A stretch of DNA of 64,000 nt, taken from positions 17,670,001-17,734,000 of the forward strand of contig NC_135829.1 in NCBI RefSeq assembly GCF_964213995.1, given 5' to 3'. Source of the DNA: Mustelus asterias (taxonomy: Eukaryota). Positions 1 through 13,906 of the stretch are shown here, in pieces; the stretch's first letter is position 1; the number at the start of each line of letters is the position of its first letter. A program made the translations under genes and the position numbers. The notes under the pieces were generated by a model. It ran no database searches and was not told where the DNA came from. It was given only the letters and a program-made list of their open reading frames with translations.

Positions 1-2333
1 GAGTCACAATCTTATTGCTGTTCGTGCAAAATAAGAGCCAGGATGCGATTCTCGCCAATAGTGGGTGGAGCGGAGCCTAATCTCACCGGTGAAGCCGGCT
101 ACTGAGCTCATGAGGCACCATCCCGCAGGTGCTCCGATCTTCCTATTTACGCTCTCCCCATCAGTTGCTCCCTGTGTTGGTCTCTCCCGTCCCATCACCA
201 CATATATCAGCACCCCCCCACCCCTCAATCCCCCCACTTTGCTGAGTTTTCTCCAGCCCCCCAATTGCCCATTCTGAAGTGTTTGTCCCCTCCCATTGCC
301 CCCATTGCAGAGATCCTCCCACTCTCCAATCCCCCCTTTGTGGACATTCCTCCACTAACCCCTTCAATCGTCACGGCTGCAGAGTTGCTCGCTCCCCCCC
401 ACTGTGGAGCTCCCTCCCATTGCCTCCCCCCTCCCCTTTCCCCACCTCACTCATGCCCAAACCCCCTTAGGACCTGCCCCTTTAGCACTGCCCCTGGCAT
501 TCCCAGGATGCCTGGTTGGGCACTGCCAGGCTGGCACTGCCCAGGGGGCGTGGCCCGGCCCAGTCCCCGACAACCCGCTGATGGAGACCAGCTGTGATTC
601 TCGCTGGTGGGGACCCCGACTGGTGAGTAGGTCAGGGCAAGTGAACCTGGACCATAGGGTCCCGGACTCACTCATGACAGTTCAATGATGTCTTTGATAT
701 TTCTGGGCGCAAAGCTAATGTCGTCGGCAAAACCGTGCCGTTGGATCAGGAGAGGCGAGAAACCAGGCATAAAACCAGTCTGGGGAGCCGGGAAGATTGC
801 ACCCAAAGTGTACATTCTGCGTGTGCTTCTGTGCATCATGATGAGAGTGCGTAACACCGGAGCAGAGGTATCAACACACCCCGCGCCCAAAGCATGATGG
901 AGATACTAACCATCTGGAAACACAAGGACCAGGATTTTCCAGTCTTGCCACGCTTGGCGCAGAGCGATCTCCAGGAGCCCCAATGGAATTAAGTTACTAG
1001 CTGGCAGTGGGAACCCTGCTGCTGAGCTCCCGGCTCCAGGGGAGACATTAATTTGCCAGATGTTACCCAGTCGGTTGGCAATTCCGCTCCTGAGAACCAA
1101 TCAGAGGCTGGCAGCTCCCCATTGTTCGCAGCACCACCGGGCGCCGTGTCTGCTGCTGGTAATCCAACCGAGCCTTCACCAGGGAGTCATCGTGGGGGCC
1201 CCTGGAGAAGGACAAGTGCTGGATGGGATGGGGGCTGTGGGAAGTGGTTTGCCAGTAAGGGAGGGGTAATGGGTGAGAGGAAAGAGTGGGGGATGGTGAC
1301 TCTCAGCAGACCCCCTCTCCCATTCCCGATGCCAGATCCCTTGATCTTGTGCTGAGTGACAATAAGCACCTCCCACTCCACACTCGGCCACAAGCAAACC
1401 TGACAGGGATAGTTTGTCAATCTCCCCAGATGGCGAGTCCCCCATCCGCTATGGGTTGAATACCAGTGACAGTCGGATGAAGCCGTGAGTTGCTCAGTTA
1501 AAGGCGTCAATCGGTATCCGGTGGGAAGGCTGCCCAGAGCCTTCCTGTTCCAGATTAAACTGGGTGGAGGCAGGGAAGCAGCAGGGGCCATATCCCACAC
1601 CCTTAGAGCCGAACAATTGCACCCTCCCCTTCCTCTCCCTCTCCCCATCACCATCCACACCCTGAGAACCTGCCTTGGAGGTGAAGCATTCAGTTCTGTC
1701 CCACTACATCTAAACAGTGGAAGTGCAAGATACTCCATCACTGTCTTTAACCACTATCTCAGCAAAGAAACAGGAAACATTGGAACTTCAGCCACTGTGG
1801 GCCATTCAGTGCCTGTATTTAATTTGAGTTCATTGCATTTTTGCCTCAGTTTTCTCCTCTTGAGGCTCTCACCCTTCCTGTGTGAGCGGGGGTTGGAAAT
1901 GTTGTGTGATGTTGGGAACATCACAACCCCACACCCTGATCATGTTCAATGTGCATGAGCAAAGCAGGACCAGTAAGCGCAGGAGGAGGCCATTCAGCCC
2001 CTCGAGCCTGTTCGTCCTTTCAATGAGGCCATGGTAAATCTTCAGGGTAACTCCAGGTATTTCCCTTTGCCCCAAATCCCTTGGAACCCTTGACTGACCA
2101 AATGTTATCAGTCTGCGCCTTGAAGGCTCCAGTTCTCCCCCAGTGTCCATGGCATTTTGGGACAAACAGTTTCCGATTTGCACTATCCCGAGTGGTAAAA
2201 AAATGCTCCTTCATTTCAAATCGAGATGACGAATCTCTAATTTTAAGATTACCTTCCCCTGTTTTTCATCTGTATCGATTCTGTCAAATAATTTTAACAC
2301 TGGAATGGATAAAGGATTGGTAAACAAACAGGA
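1..2333. repeat. Local duplication, copy 1 (DNA-transposon-like GC-rich segment plus old repeat fragments)
   Basis: Colinear high similarity to 4683-7367. Confidence 0.9.
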
Positions 2334-2499
2334 AACAGATACTGAAGCAGCCCTTTCCCACATGAAGTAAGACCGACAGAACGTTCAGGCTCGGGCTGAT
2401 GAGTGACACGCGACATTCACATCATACAAGTGTCTGGAAATGACTAACTCCAAAAAAAGAGAGAATCCTTTCCCTCCAAAAGGTGTTTGATACAGAGCC

Positions 2500-3620
2500 G
2501 CAAAACTGCTTTGTGAGCAGCTCCAGGAATAAGAGGGACTTCAGCAACATGGAGACGGAATTGGCTGAGCGACAGAGAACAGCGAGCAGTGATTAATGGA
2601 TGTTTTTTTTGCTGGAGGGAGGTTTGTGGTGGAGTTGTCCAGGGGTCAGTGTTGGAACCCTTGCTTTTCCCGATATCTATTGCTGACCTATAACTGGGTG
2701 TACAGGGCACTATTACAAAGTTTGCAGATGATACGAAACCTGGAAGCTTTGTGAACTGTGAGGAGGAGAGTATCAAACTTCAAAAACACGAAGACAAGTT
2801 GGTGCCGTGGGCAGACGGGTGGATGATGCAGTTCAATGCAGAGAAGTGTGAGGTGATTCAATTTGGTAGCAAGAACATGGAGAGACAATATAAAATAAAG
2901 GTTACAACAGTAAAATGGATGCAGGAGCAGAGGGAGCTGGGTGTGTATGTACATATATCATTGAAGGTGGCAAGGCAGTTGGAGAGCAGTTAATAAAGTA
3001 CACAACAACCTGGGCTTTATTAATAATGGCATAGAGTCCAAGAGCAAGGAGATGATGTGGAATTTCTATAAGACGCTAGTTTGGCCTCAGTTGGAGTATT
3101 GCTTCCAGGTCTGGGTGCTGCACTTTAGGAAGGATGCGATGGCATTGGGGAGAATGCAGAATATTCACAAGAATGATTGCAGGGATGATGAAGAGAGATT
3201 GGAGAAGCTGGGATTGTTTTCCTTGGAGAAGAGAAGGCTGAGAGGAGATTTGATCTCCCAGTCTGATGTTCAAAATCCTGAGGCTTCTGCACAGTGTGGA
3301 TAGGGAGAAACTGTTCCCACTCACGGAAAGATCGAGAATGAGGTTATAAATTTTGAGTAATTAGTAAAAGAAGCAAACTGATACGAGGAGAAGTTTTTTC
3401 ATGCAGTGAGTAGTTAAGGTCTGGAATGCGCTGCCTGAGAGTGTGGAGGGGCAGTTTTATTGAAGCATTTGAAAAGGAATTAGACTGTTAACTGTAAAGG
3501 AAGAATGTGCAGGGTTACGGGGAGAAGGCAGGGGAATGGCATTAGGTGAGATGCTCATTCAGAGAACCGGTGTGGACAGAATGGGCCGAATGGCCTCCTG
3601 CACCAGTACGATTCTGTGAG
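2500..3620 (+). mobile_element. CR1-type LINE 3' fragment (degenerate)
   Basis: QGSVL, KFADD, WMMQFNAEKCEV, LVWPQLEYC, LFSLEKRRLRGDLI remnants. Confidence 0.85.
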
Positions 3621-4312
3621 CTCCCCTTGATATTCAATAGCAGCAACATTGTCAAATCATCGCCAACATTCTCGAGGTTACCATTGACCATCTCCATGAC
3701 ACTGTGGCTACAAGAGCAGGTCATAGGCTGGGAATTTTGTGATGTGTAGCTCACTTCCTGAATTCCCAAAACCTTTCCAACTACTTCAAGACACAGGTCA
3801 GGAGTTGTATTTTAACACAGAAACATGAATATTGCTGTAGAGTTGGAGTTAAGGAGATGCACAAAGTGTGGCCGAGAGTGATGGAAATCTGGATTTAAAG
3901 GTATTTGATCTGCCTCGAACACAGAACAACCCACTCCGATATGTAATGTGTTTTAATTGTGGTTCTCTGCCAGAACTAACTGACCCACTCGCTCTCCTGT
4001 ATCTTTCACATCTCAAAATCTTATCCAATTCTCAGTTGAAATATAGAATGATCTCTGACTCAAGCACTGCCTGTCAAAGTATTCCATTCCCCCAACAACT
4101 CTCTGTGTAAAGAATTGCTCCTAATCTCTCCCCACTCTCTGAATGACAATATCAAACTGATGCTCCATGGTTACACCATATTAAACAGACACAGCAAAAA
4201 CTGTGAGTTAACTGTGTTAAACATCTACACAAGAACAGCAATGCTTCAAATCTCTGGGGTTTTTTCCAGGTGAAGAACATTTGGAAGATTAATGAAAAGT
4301 ATTCATCCTTAC

Positions 4313-4367
4313 CAGCAACATGTTGGAAGAGAAGAAAAAGACCCACAAACAAAGCACCGAGTGCCAT
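4313..4367 (-). CDS. Gene B exon 1, paralogous signal peptide MALGALFVGLFLLFQHVA(G); rest of the gene lies beyond the left edge
   Basis: Same 55-nt length and phase-1 donor (GCTG|GTAAGG) as gene A exon 1; 14/19 identical residues; similar 5' UTR. Confidence 0.8.
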
Positions 4368-4470
4368 TTCAGATTCCTAGACCGTGCTTGCTGAGTAGTG
4401 GTTGCGTTCTTACCACCTATCTGTGAGAAAGAAGAGAAGCTGAACTTCTCGAGATGGAGTGAGAGATAAT

Positions 4471-4488
4471 AGCTTCCTGTTTGACCAA
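4471..4488 (-). promoter_or_regulatory. ETS-type motif (ACAGGAAG) upstream of the gene B leader
   Basis: Minus strand reads ttggtcaaACAGGAAGct, about 104 nt upstream of the ATG; conserved in gene A. Confidence 0.5.
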
Positions 4489-4682
4489 TGTAGATGAAAT
4501 GTGGGCTGTGACGTTGTGTTAATGGAACCAGGACAGCGGTTGAGATGTTTGTTTGATCCTCCAACCAGAAACGTCACAAAAAGCTCCGAAATACAAAGAA
4601 TGGAATTTAATGAAAAGAATTCAAAGTTCTGAATGAGTGAGAAAATGGGAGAGGAGCGAGCGGGTTTTTGGGGCGAGCTGCG

Positions 4683-7367
4683 AGTCACAATCTTATTGCT
4701 GTTCGTGCAAAATAACAGCCAGGATGCGATTCTTGCCAGTAGTGGGTGGAGCGGAGCCTAATCTCACCGATGAAGCCGGCTACTGAGCTCATGAGGCACC
4801 ATTGTGCAGGTGCCCCAATCTCCCGGTGCACGCACCCCCCATCAGTTGCTTCCTGTGTTGGTCTCCCCACCACCCCCAATCACCACATATATCGGCACCC
4901 CACCAACCCCTCAATTCCCCGCTTTGCTGAGTTTCCTCCAGCCCCCCAATTGCCCATTCTGAAGTGTTTCTTCCTCTCCCATTGCCCCCATTGCAGAGAT
5001 CCTCTCACTCTTCAATCCCCCCTTTGTGGACATTCCTCCACTAACCCCTTCAATTGTCACGGCTGCAGAGTTGCTCGCTCCCCCCCACTGTGGAGCTCCC
5101 TCACATTGCCTCCCCCCTCCCATGCCCCCACCTCACTCAGGCCCAAACCCCCTCAGGACCTGCCTCTTTAGCACTGCCCCTGGCATTCCCAGGGTGCCTG
5201 TTGGGCACTGCCAGGCTGGCACCGCCCAGGGGGCATGGCCCAACCCAGTCCCCGACAACCCATTGATGGAGACCAGCTGTGATTCTCGCCGGTGGGGACC
5301 CCAACCTATGAGTAGGTCAGGGCAAGTGAACCTGGACAGTCGGGTGCGGAACTCACTAATGACATTTAAATGATGTCTTTGATATTTCTGGGCGCCGATC
5401 TGATTTTGTCGGCAATACCGTGCCGGTGGATCAGGAGAGGCAAGAAACCGGGTGTGAAACGGGTCTGGGGAGCCGGTAAGATCGCACCCAAAGTGTATAT
5501 TCTGCGTGTGCTTCTGTGCATCATGATGAGAGTGCATAACACCGGAGCAGACATTCAACACATCCCGCTCCCCCAGCATGATGGAGATACTAACCATCTG
5601 GAAACACAAGGACCAGGATTTTCCAGTCTCGCCGCTGCTGGCTCAGAGCGATCTCCAGGAGCCCCAATGGAATTAAGTTACAACCATAGAACCATAGAAA
5701 CCCTACAGTGCAGAAGGAGGCCATTCGGCCCATCGAGTCTGCACCGACCACAATCCCACCCAGGCCCTACCCCCACATATTTTACCCGCTAATCCCTCTA
5801 ACCTACGCATCCCAGGACTCTAAGGGGCAATTTTTTTAACCTGGCCAATCAACGGAACCCGCACATCTTTGGACTGTGGGAGGAAACCGGAGCGCCGGAG
5901 GAATCCCACGCAGACACGAGGAGAATGTGCAAACTCCACACAGACAGTGACCCGAGCCAGGAATCGAACCCGGGACCCTGGAGCTGTGAAGCAGCAGTGC
6001 TAACCACTGTGTTACCGTGCCACCTGGAATTGGGAACCCTGCTGAGCTCCTGGTTCCAGGGGGGACATTAATTTGCCAGACGCTCCCCAGTCGGTTGACA
6101 ATTCCGCTCTTTAGAACTAATCAGAGGCTGGCAGCTCCCCATTGTTGGCAGCACCACCGGGCGCCGTGTCTGCTGCTGGTAATCCAACTGAGCCTTCACC
6201 AGGGGGTCATCTTTGGGGTCCCTGGAGAAGGACAAGTGCTGGATGGGATGGGGGCTCTGGGTGTGGTTTGCTAGTAAGCGAGGGGTAATGAGTGGGAGGA
6301 AAAAGTGGGGGATGGTGACTCTCAGCAGGCCCTCCCCACTTCCCGATGCCAGATCCCTTGATCTTGTGCTGAGTGACAATCAGCACCTCCCACTCCACAC
6401 TCGGCCACAAGCAAACCTGACAGAGATAACTTGTCAATCTCCCCAGATGGCGAGTCAGCCCCCCCCACAATGGCTTGAATACCAGTGACAGTCGGATGAA
6501 GCCGTGAGTTGCTCAGTCAAAGGCGTCAATCGGTATCCGGTGGGAAGGCTGCCCAGAGCCTGTCCCAGATTAAACTGGGTGGAGGCAGGGAAGCAGCAGG
6601 GGCCATATCCCACACCCTTAGAGCCAAACAGTTGCACCCTCCCCACTCACCTTCCTCTGCCCCTCCCCATCACCATCCACACCCTGAGAACCTGCCTTGG
6701 AGGTGAAGCATTAAATTCTGTCCCACTGCATCTGAACAGTGGAAGTGCATGATACTCCATCACTGTCTTTAACCACTATCTCAGCAAAGAAACAGGAAAC
6801 ATTGGAACTTCAGCCACCCTGTGGGCCATTCAGTGCCTGTATTTAGTTTGAGTTCATTGCATTTTTGCCTCAGTTTTCTCCTCTTGAGGCTCTCACTCTT
6901 CCTGTGTGAGCGTGGGCTAGAAATGGCTGCACGTTGTGTGATGTTGGGACCATCACAACCCCACACCCTGATCATGTTCAATGTGCATGGGCAAAGCAGG
7001 ACCAGTAAGCGCAGGAGGAGGCCATTCAGCCCCTCGAGTCTGTTTGTCCTTTCAATGAGACCATGATAAATCTTCACCATAACTCCATGTATCTCCCTTT
7101 GCCCCAAATTCCTTGGACGCCTTGACTGACCAAATGTTATCAGTCTGTGCCTTGAAGGCTCGAGTTATCCCTCAGTGTCCACGGCATTTTGGGACAAAAC
7201 AGTTCCAGATTTCCACTATCCTTGGTGGTAAAACACTTCTTGATTTCAAATCGAGATGACGAATCTCTAATTTGAATATGACCTTCCCCTGTTTTTCATC
7301 TGTATCGACTCTGTAAAGTAATTTGAACATTGGAATGGATAAAGAATTGGTAAACTAATGGGAAACA
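4683..7367. repeat. Local duplication, copy 2, with an extra SINE at about 5680-6021
   Basis: Colinear with 1-2333 apart from the SINE. Confidence 0.9.
5680..6021 (-). mobile_element. HE1-like tRNA-derived SINE
   Basis: tRNA-like head with A/B boxes (ggttagcactgctgc, gggttcgattcc) and a (tatggttc)n-type tail; absent from the duplicate copy. Confidence 0.9.
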
Positions 7368-8859
7368 ATAAAACGGGATAAATCAGACATTTTCAGGTTG
7401 GCAAAGAGTAAGTAGTGAAGTGATTGGCAATTCTAAGCTTAAACCCAGTGTCGTAACCTCGCTGGGGTCAATTGATTTATTCCATTCGATTGGGATAAAA
7501 TTCCTACTCAGCTCATCATTTCATTATCATTTCAAAGCAATCATTTATTGAGTGACTTCCCATCGCATGAGTTACATGTTGTGTATAATAAGCAGCAGAG
7601 CATTGTTCTGTCCATGGCGAGGGTTGGGCGGGGGGGCGGAAATTGATCTTCGTAACTTCAGGACAATCTGTGAAAGCTGTGGAGTGGCCTATCGCAGGAT
7701 GGGTGAGAAGATTTCTCTGCTCTTCAAGCAACTTCCACATCACAAGCTGTGAAAACACATCTGACATTGAGGAGCTCGGTCGCGTCGCTCACACTCACGG
7801 TCCCTCTGGCCTCTCTCTGGATAAGAGAAGAGATCACATTGAATGGGTTCCAGTTCAGGCCGGGGACAAATCATAAAATGGCACTGTGATGTGACATGGG
7901 ATAACGGAGCCTTAGATACAGCGCCGACTGGGAGGATTATACTCAAACCGTGAAACTACTTACATTTTAATTCTTGAATTTCACATTTGCCTCTGTCACT
8001 AAGAATACAGAAAACAAAACAGGTGAAATATTTCATAACATTTACTTCAAACAATGTCAAACATCTAGAAGTGGGATTTGGCATTTTTAAGTCAAGATCT
8101 TCCAAAACTCGATTGATTCAGGAATTATCCCTCTGGATTGGAATGCTGCCATTGTTATTCCATAATTTCAGATGTGTAGGATAGAGAAAGCAGGAAATAA
8201 TAGACCCATTAGTCTGATGTCTGTTGTGGGGAAGTTGCTAGTGTTAAGATTGTTTTCGCGAGACTGTTCCGTCCTTGATACAAAGGCAAACACCAACTGT
8301 TGTCCGATTCAAAAGTTCTTTATTCTTCTTACATATGCAAGCTGGCAAATCTTTGCTATGTAACCTCCACTCAGTGCTGGGAGTCAGGTAGCAAAGGCAC
8401 GCTGAATAATGGGACAGTCCCCCTTTATGTAGTTTTACAATCCTAATGGTCACATGCGGTCTGCTACAATATAGCTCATCACAAGACACCCTTTGTTCTA
8501 GTCAGGTTAACCATATCTAAGGTCGTAATATGGTTATGTTGAAAGAAAGCAAACTGTTAATGGGTAAGTTCGTTAATCACAGATGTCTTAAGCTTGTCAT
8601 TTCGAAATCAACTCACAGCAGCATGCGATATTTAACCCCATATCTCACTAAGATCTGCTACTAGAACTCAAGATCGAAAGATTTAGGAGCAGGAGTGTAG
8701 ACCCTTCAGGCCCTCAAGCCTGCTCCGCCATTGGCTGATCAGATTGTGGTCTTAACTCTACTATCCTTTCTGCTTCATACAATCTCGTCCATCAGGAATC
8801 TCTCGAACTCAATGCAAACATGTAAGTTCCTTCTAACAAACCTAGTTTAATTTAATAAG

Positions 8860-9740
8860 TGGTTCCCTAATTTGGTTGATAAGGGAGTGCATTTGGATGT
8901 GACTCATGTAGATTTCTGGACAGAACTCAATAAAGGCTGTCATCAAAAATGAAGTGTATGGAATTGGAGGCAATGACATGAATATGAAATTGGTTAGGAA
9001 GTATAGAAGGCAGACAATAGGGACAATAGGTATATAGTCACATTGGCAGGATGTAAATATCAGTATCTCCCAGAATCCCAGCATTTCACTATATTTATAA
9101 ATGACTTAGATAAAGCAATAGCGACCCAGATATCTGAGCTTGCTGATGACATTAAGGCACATTATGTAGTGTAGACTGCAGTCACAAGGGGACATTGATG
9201 GATTAAGTGTGTTAGCAAATTGGCAGCGACAGAGTTCAAAGTGGGGAAGTGTAAAGACATCATCCACATTGCACCCAAGACTGCTCAGAGTATTTCGAAA
9301 TGGTGAGAAGCTTAGAACTCTGGAGGAGCAGAGAGGGAATTAGGGTTTATTCATGTAAGTCACTAAAGGTTCATTGACAGGTACATAAAATAATGAAAAA
9401 GGCTGATGCGATGTTAACCCATCTCACAGAGGCTGGAGTACAAAGGGGTAGAAGTTATGCTCCAGTTCTGGGCACTGTACTTCTGGAAAGTTAATTTGAT
9501 GAACAGAGATTTATCAGGATGCTAAAAGGAATAAATTATGGGGTTGGGCTTGAATATATTAAGTGGTGATCTAATTGAGGTGTTTAAGATGTTTTCAGGA
9601 TTACACCAGGAAGATCGAGAGAAATTGCTACCTCAGCTGTGAGAGTCTAAAATCACGAGAGCCAACCGTGAGGTTAGAGCAGGGCTGTACAGAAAGCACA
9701 TCAAAGGGTAATGGAAATCTGGATCTCTTTCCCCAAAAGG
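8860..9740 (+). mobile_element. Old CR1-type LINE fragment
   Basis: Degenerate DF.K, INDLD, ADD and GDLIEVFK-like remnants. Confidence 0.6.
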
Positions 9741-10039
9741 AGGCCATTGAAGCCCTTGGGTATTTGTGGAAGTGCCCATCTGGTAGTGCCCATCTGGCAG
9801 ACTGGCAGTGTGCTGGGGCAGTGCCAAAGGGGTGGGTCTGAGTTGGTGATGGGGCCCGAGTGGAGGTCACGAAGGGGAGGGCTATGACGGCAGACAATGC
9901 AGGGGGAGCTATGAAACGGGGGTTGTGAACTGGTGGGAAATGAAGGGGGAAAGAAGGGGTGCAGCATGAAAGGGGATCCACTTGGAGGGCCCTATTGCCC
10001 CAATGCTGGCGATCTATGTCAGGGAGGGGTTGGGGAATC

Positions 10040-10385
10040 ATAGATTCCTAGAAACCCTACTGTGCAGAAGGAGGCCATTTGGCCCATTGAGTGTGCACTG
10101 ACTTTCTGAAAGAGCATCTTATCCAGACCCTATCCTCATAACCCCATGTCTTTACCCCACTAACCTACACATCTTGGGACACTGAGGGATGCGCAGGTCA
10201 GGTGCATGGGCAATGCACCTGACCTGCACATCTCTGAACCATGGGAGGAACTGGAACGCCCGGAGGAAACCCATGCAGACACAAGGAGAACATGCAAATT
10301 CCACACAGACTGTCACCCAAGGCTGGATCGAACCCAGATCCTTGGCGCTGTGAGGCAGCAGTGCTAACCACTGTGCCACCATGCC
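10040..10385 (-). mobile_element. HE1-like SINE
   Basis: Same head and tail as the 5680-6021 copy. Confidence 0.85.
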
Positions 10386-11689
10386 ACTGCTGGTGGTGGT
10401 GGTGGGGGGGGGGGGGGGGTCTGAATGTCCGTGGGAGAAGGGGGAGGGTCGCTTTGCCCAATCGCTTTGCAGCCGGGCTCACCAATGTGTTTAGGCCCTG
10501 CCCCTCCCAAAACCGGCACAGAACTCACCAGTCTCCCAAAAAATGACTAAGTTTGGGATGACTGCAGTCTGGTCCACGCTGGATACATGGTGCAGATCAC
10601 TTTGGTTTTCTCGCCTTTATGACATCTCGTTATTTTTTGGGAACATTCCGCTCCAGAGCTTTTGGTCAACAGTGTTTCACTACATCATCCTGCTCCACCC
10701 ACTCTTACACAGATTAAGATGAAACACAGATTGAATGTTGGGTCACAAAAATCACATCTTTCCCAGAGGTGAGAATGTAACTCCTCCGCAGTGAAGCTAT
10801 CTAACTGGATCTCCCTCCATATGACCTGACCAACAACAATAGTCCACGTGATTGTCAGTCTTTGTGTGAGCACATTCTTCCCAATGTCTGTTCAAATTTA
10901 TTTTTGCTAGTTTTAGCTCAAACTCCTTGTTCTAGTATCTCAACCAAACTTCAGTAGAATCTGAATTTGTGCATGAACAGTGGTCAATATAATTTTATAA
11001 TTATTCTTCAGCTTGATTTGATTTTGACTTGATTTCACTTATTATTGTCACATGTATTAGTATACAGTGAAAAGTATTGCTTCTTGCACGCTATACAGAC
11101 AAAGCATACCAATCATCGAGAAGGAGAGAATGCAGAATGTAGTGTTATAGTCATAGCTATGGTGTAGAGAAAGATCAACTTAATGCGAGATAGGTCCATT
11201 CAAACGTCTGATGGCAGCAAGCAAGAAGCTGTTCTTGAGTCGGTTGGTATGTGACCTCAGACTTTTGTATCTTCTTCCCAATGGAAGAAGGTGGAAGAGA
11301 GTATGTCCAGGGTGCGTGGGATCTTTAATTATGCTGGTTGCTTTTCCGAGGCAGTGGGAAGTGTAGACAGAGCCAATGGATGAGAGGCTGGTTTGCGAGA
11401 TGGATTAGGCTACATTCATGACTTTTTGGAGTTTCTTGTCGTCTTGGGCAGAGCAGGAGCCATACCAAACTGTGATATAGCCAGAAATAACGCTTTCAAT
11501 GGTGCACCTGTCAAAGTTGGTGAGAGTCATTGCTGACATGCCAAATTTCCTTAGTCTTCTGAGAAAGTAGAGGTGTTGGTGGGCTTTCTTAACTATTGTG
11601 TCAGCATGGGGGACCAGGACAGGTTGTTGGTGATCTGGAGACCTAAAAACTTGAAGCTCTCGACCATTTCTACTTTGTCCCCATTGATG

Positions 11690-13906
11690 CAGGAGGTGCA
11701 TCAACACCAAATTCATCAGCCGCACTCACAAGACAGCACCGAACATCACCCAAGCACAACGCAACGCCATCCACGCTCTCAAGACCAACCGCAACATTGT
11801 CATCAAACCAGCAGACAAAGGAGGGGCCATCGTCATACTGAACAGAACGGATTACTGCAAAGAAGTATACCGACAACTGAACAACGAGGAACACTACAGA
11901 CAGTTACCCACAGATCCGACCAAAGAACACACCCGTCAACTCAACACTCTGATCAAAACCTTTGATCCGGACCTTCAGAGCACCCTCCGTGCTCTCATCC
12001 CACGTACTCCACGCGTTGGAGATCTCTACTGCCTCCCAAAAATACACAAGGCAAACACACCCGGCCGTCCCATCGTTTCAGGAAACGGAACCCTGTGCGA
12101 GAACCTCTCCGGCTATGTCGAGGGCATCTTGAAACCCATAGTACAAAGAACCCCCAGCTTTTGTCGCGACACTACGGACTTCCTACAGAAACTCAACACA
12201 CAAGGAGCAGTTGAACCAGGAGCACTCCTCGTCACAATGGATGTCTCGGCACTCTACACCAGCATCCCCCACGATGATGGCATTGCTGCAACGGCCTCAG
12301 TACTCAATGCCGTCAACTGCCAGTTTCCAGATGCAATTTTACAACTCATCCGCTTCATCCTGGATCACAATATCTTCACCTTCAACAACCAGTTCTTCAT
12401 CCAGACACACGGAACAGCCATGGGGACAAAATTCGCACCTCAATATGCCAACATCTTCATGCACAGGTTCGAACAAGACTTCTTCACCGCACAGGACCTT
12501 CAACCGATGCTATACACTAGATACATCGATGACATTTTCTTCCTTTGGACTCATGGTGAACAATCACTGAAACAACTATATGATGACATCAACAAGTTCC
12601 ATCCCACCATCAGACTCACCATGGACTACTCTCCGGAATCGGTTGCATTCTTGGACACACACATCTCCATTAAGGACGGTCACCTCAGCACCTCACTGTA
12701 CCGCAAGCCCACGGATAACCTCATGATGCTCCACTTCTCCAGCTTCCACCCTAAACACGTAAAAGAAGTCATCCCCTACGGACAAGCCCTCCGAATACAC
12801 AGGATCTGCTCGGATGAGGAGGATCGCAACAGACACCTCCAGACGCTGAAAGATGCCCTCATAAGAACAGGATATGGCGCTCGACTCATCGATCAACAGT
12901 TCCGACGTGCCACAGCGAAAAACCGCACCGACCTCCTCAGAAGACAAACACGGGACACGGTGGACAGAGTACCCTTCGTCGTCCAGTACTTCCCCGGAGC
13001 GGAGGAGCTACGGCATCTCCTCCGGAGCCTTCAACATGTCATTGATGAAGACGAACATCTCGCCAAGGCCATCCCCACACCCCCACTTCTTGCCTTCAAA
13101 CAACCACGCAACCTCAAACCGACCATTGTCCGCAGCAAACTACCCAGCCTTCAGGAGAACAGTGACCACGACACCACACAACCCTGCCACAGCAACCTCT
13201 GCAAGACGTGCCGGATCATCAACACGGATGCCATCATCTCACGTGAGAACACCATCTACCAGGTACATGGTACCTACTCTTGCAACTCGGCCAATGTTGT
13301 CTACCTGATACGCTGCAAGAAAGGATGTCCCGAGGCATGGTACATTGGGGAAACCATGCAGACGCTACGACAACGGATGAATGAACACCGCTCGACAATC
13401 ACCAGGCAAGACTGTTCTCTTCCTGTGGGGGAGCACTTCAGCAGTCACGGGCATTCAGCCTTGGATCTTCAGGTAAGCGTTCTCCAAAGCGGCCTTCACG
13501 ACACACGACAGCGCAGAGTCACTGAGCAGAAACTGATAGCCAAGTTTCGCACACGAGGACGGTCTAAACCGGGATGTTGGATTTATGTCACATTATCAGT
13601 AACCCCCACAGCTTGACTCCTGGACTTGCACAATTTCACAAGCTGTACTGTCTGGAGACAATACACATCTCTTTAACCTGTGTTGAATGCTCCCTCCACC
13701 CACATTGTCTGTGCATTTAAGACCTGGCTGGCTGTAGAGATTTGCATTCTAATCAGTATTTTGTAATTTGATTTCTGTGTCTGTGCCCTGTTTGAGAACA
13801 GAGACCACTCCATCTGATGAAGGAGCATTGCTCCGAAAGCTTATGGTATTTGCTACCAAATAAACCTGTTGGACTTTAACCTGGTGTTGTGAGACTTCTT
13901 ACTGTG
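11690..13906 (+). mobile_element. Penelope-like element (5'-truncated): RT + GIY-YIG endonuclease + pseudo-LTR
   Basis: ORF 12129-13616 with MDVSALYT, GTAMG, RYIDD, VVYLIRC..WYIGET..RMNEH; TSD CCCATTGATG at 11680-11689 and 13907-13916. Confidence 0.95.
13810..13846 (+). ncRNA. Minimal hammerhead ribozyme motif in a Penelope terminus
   Basis: CCAU-CUGAUGA-a-GGAGC(auu)GCUCC-GAAA-GCU-U-AUGG. Confidence 0.75.

Noticed and set aside
5680-6021. tRNA genes in SINE heads
   Set aside because: A/B boxes belong to SINEs; no complete cloverleaf.
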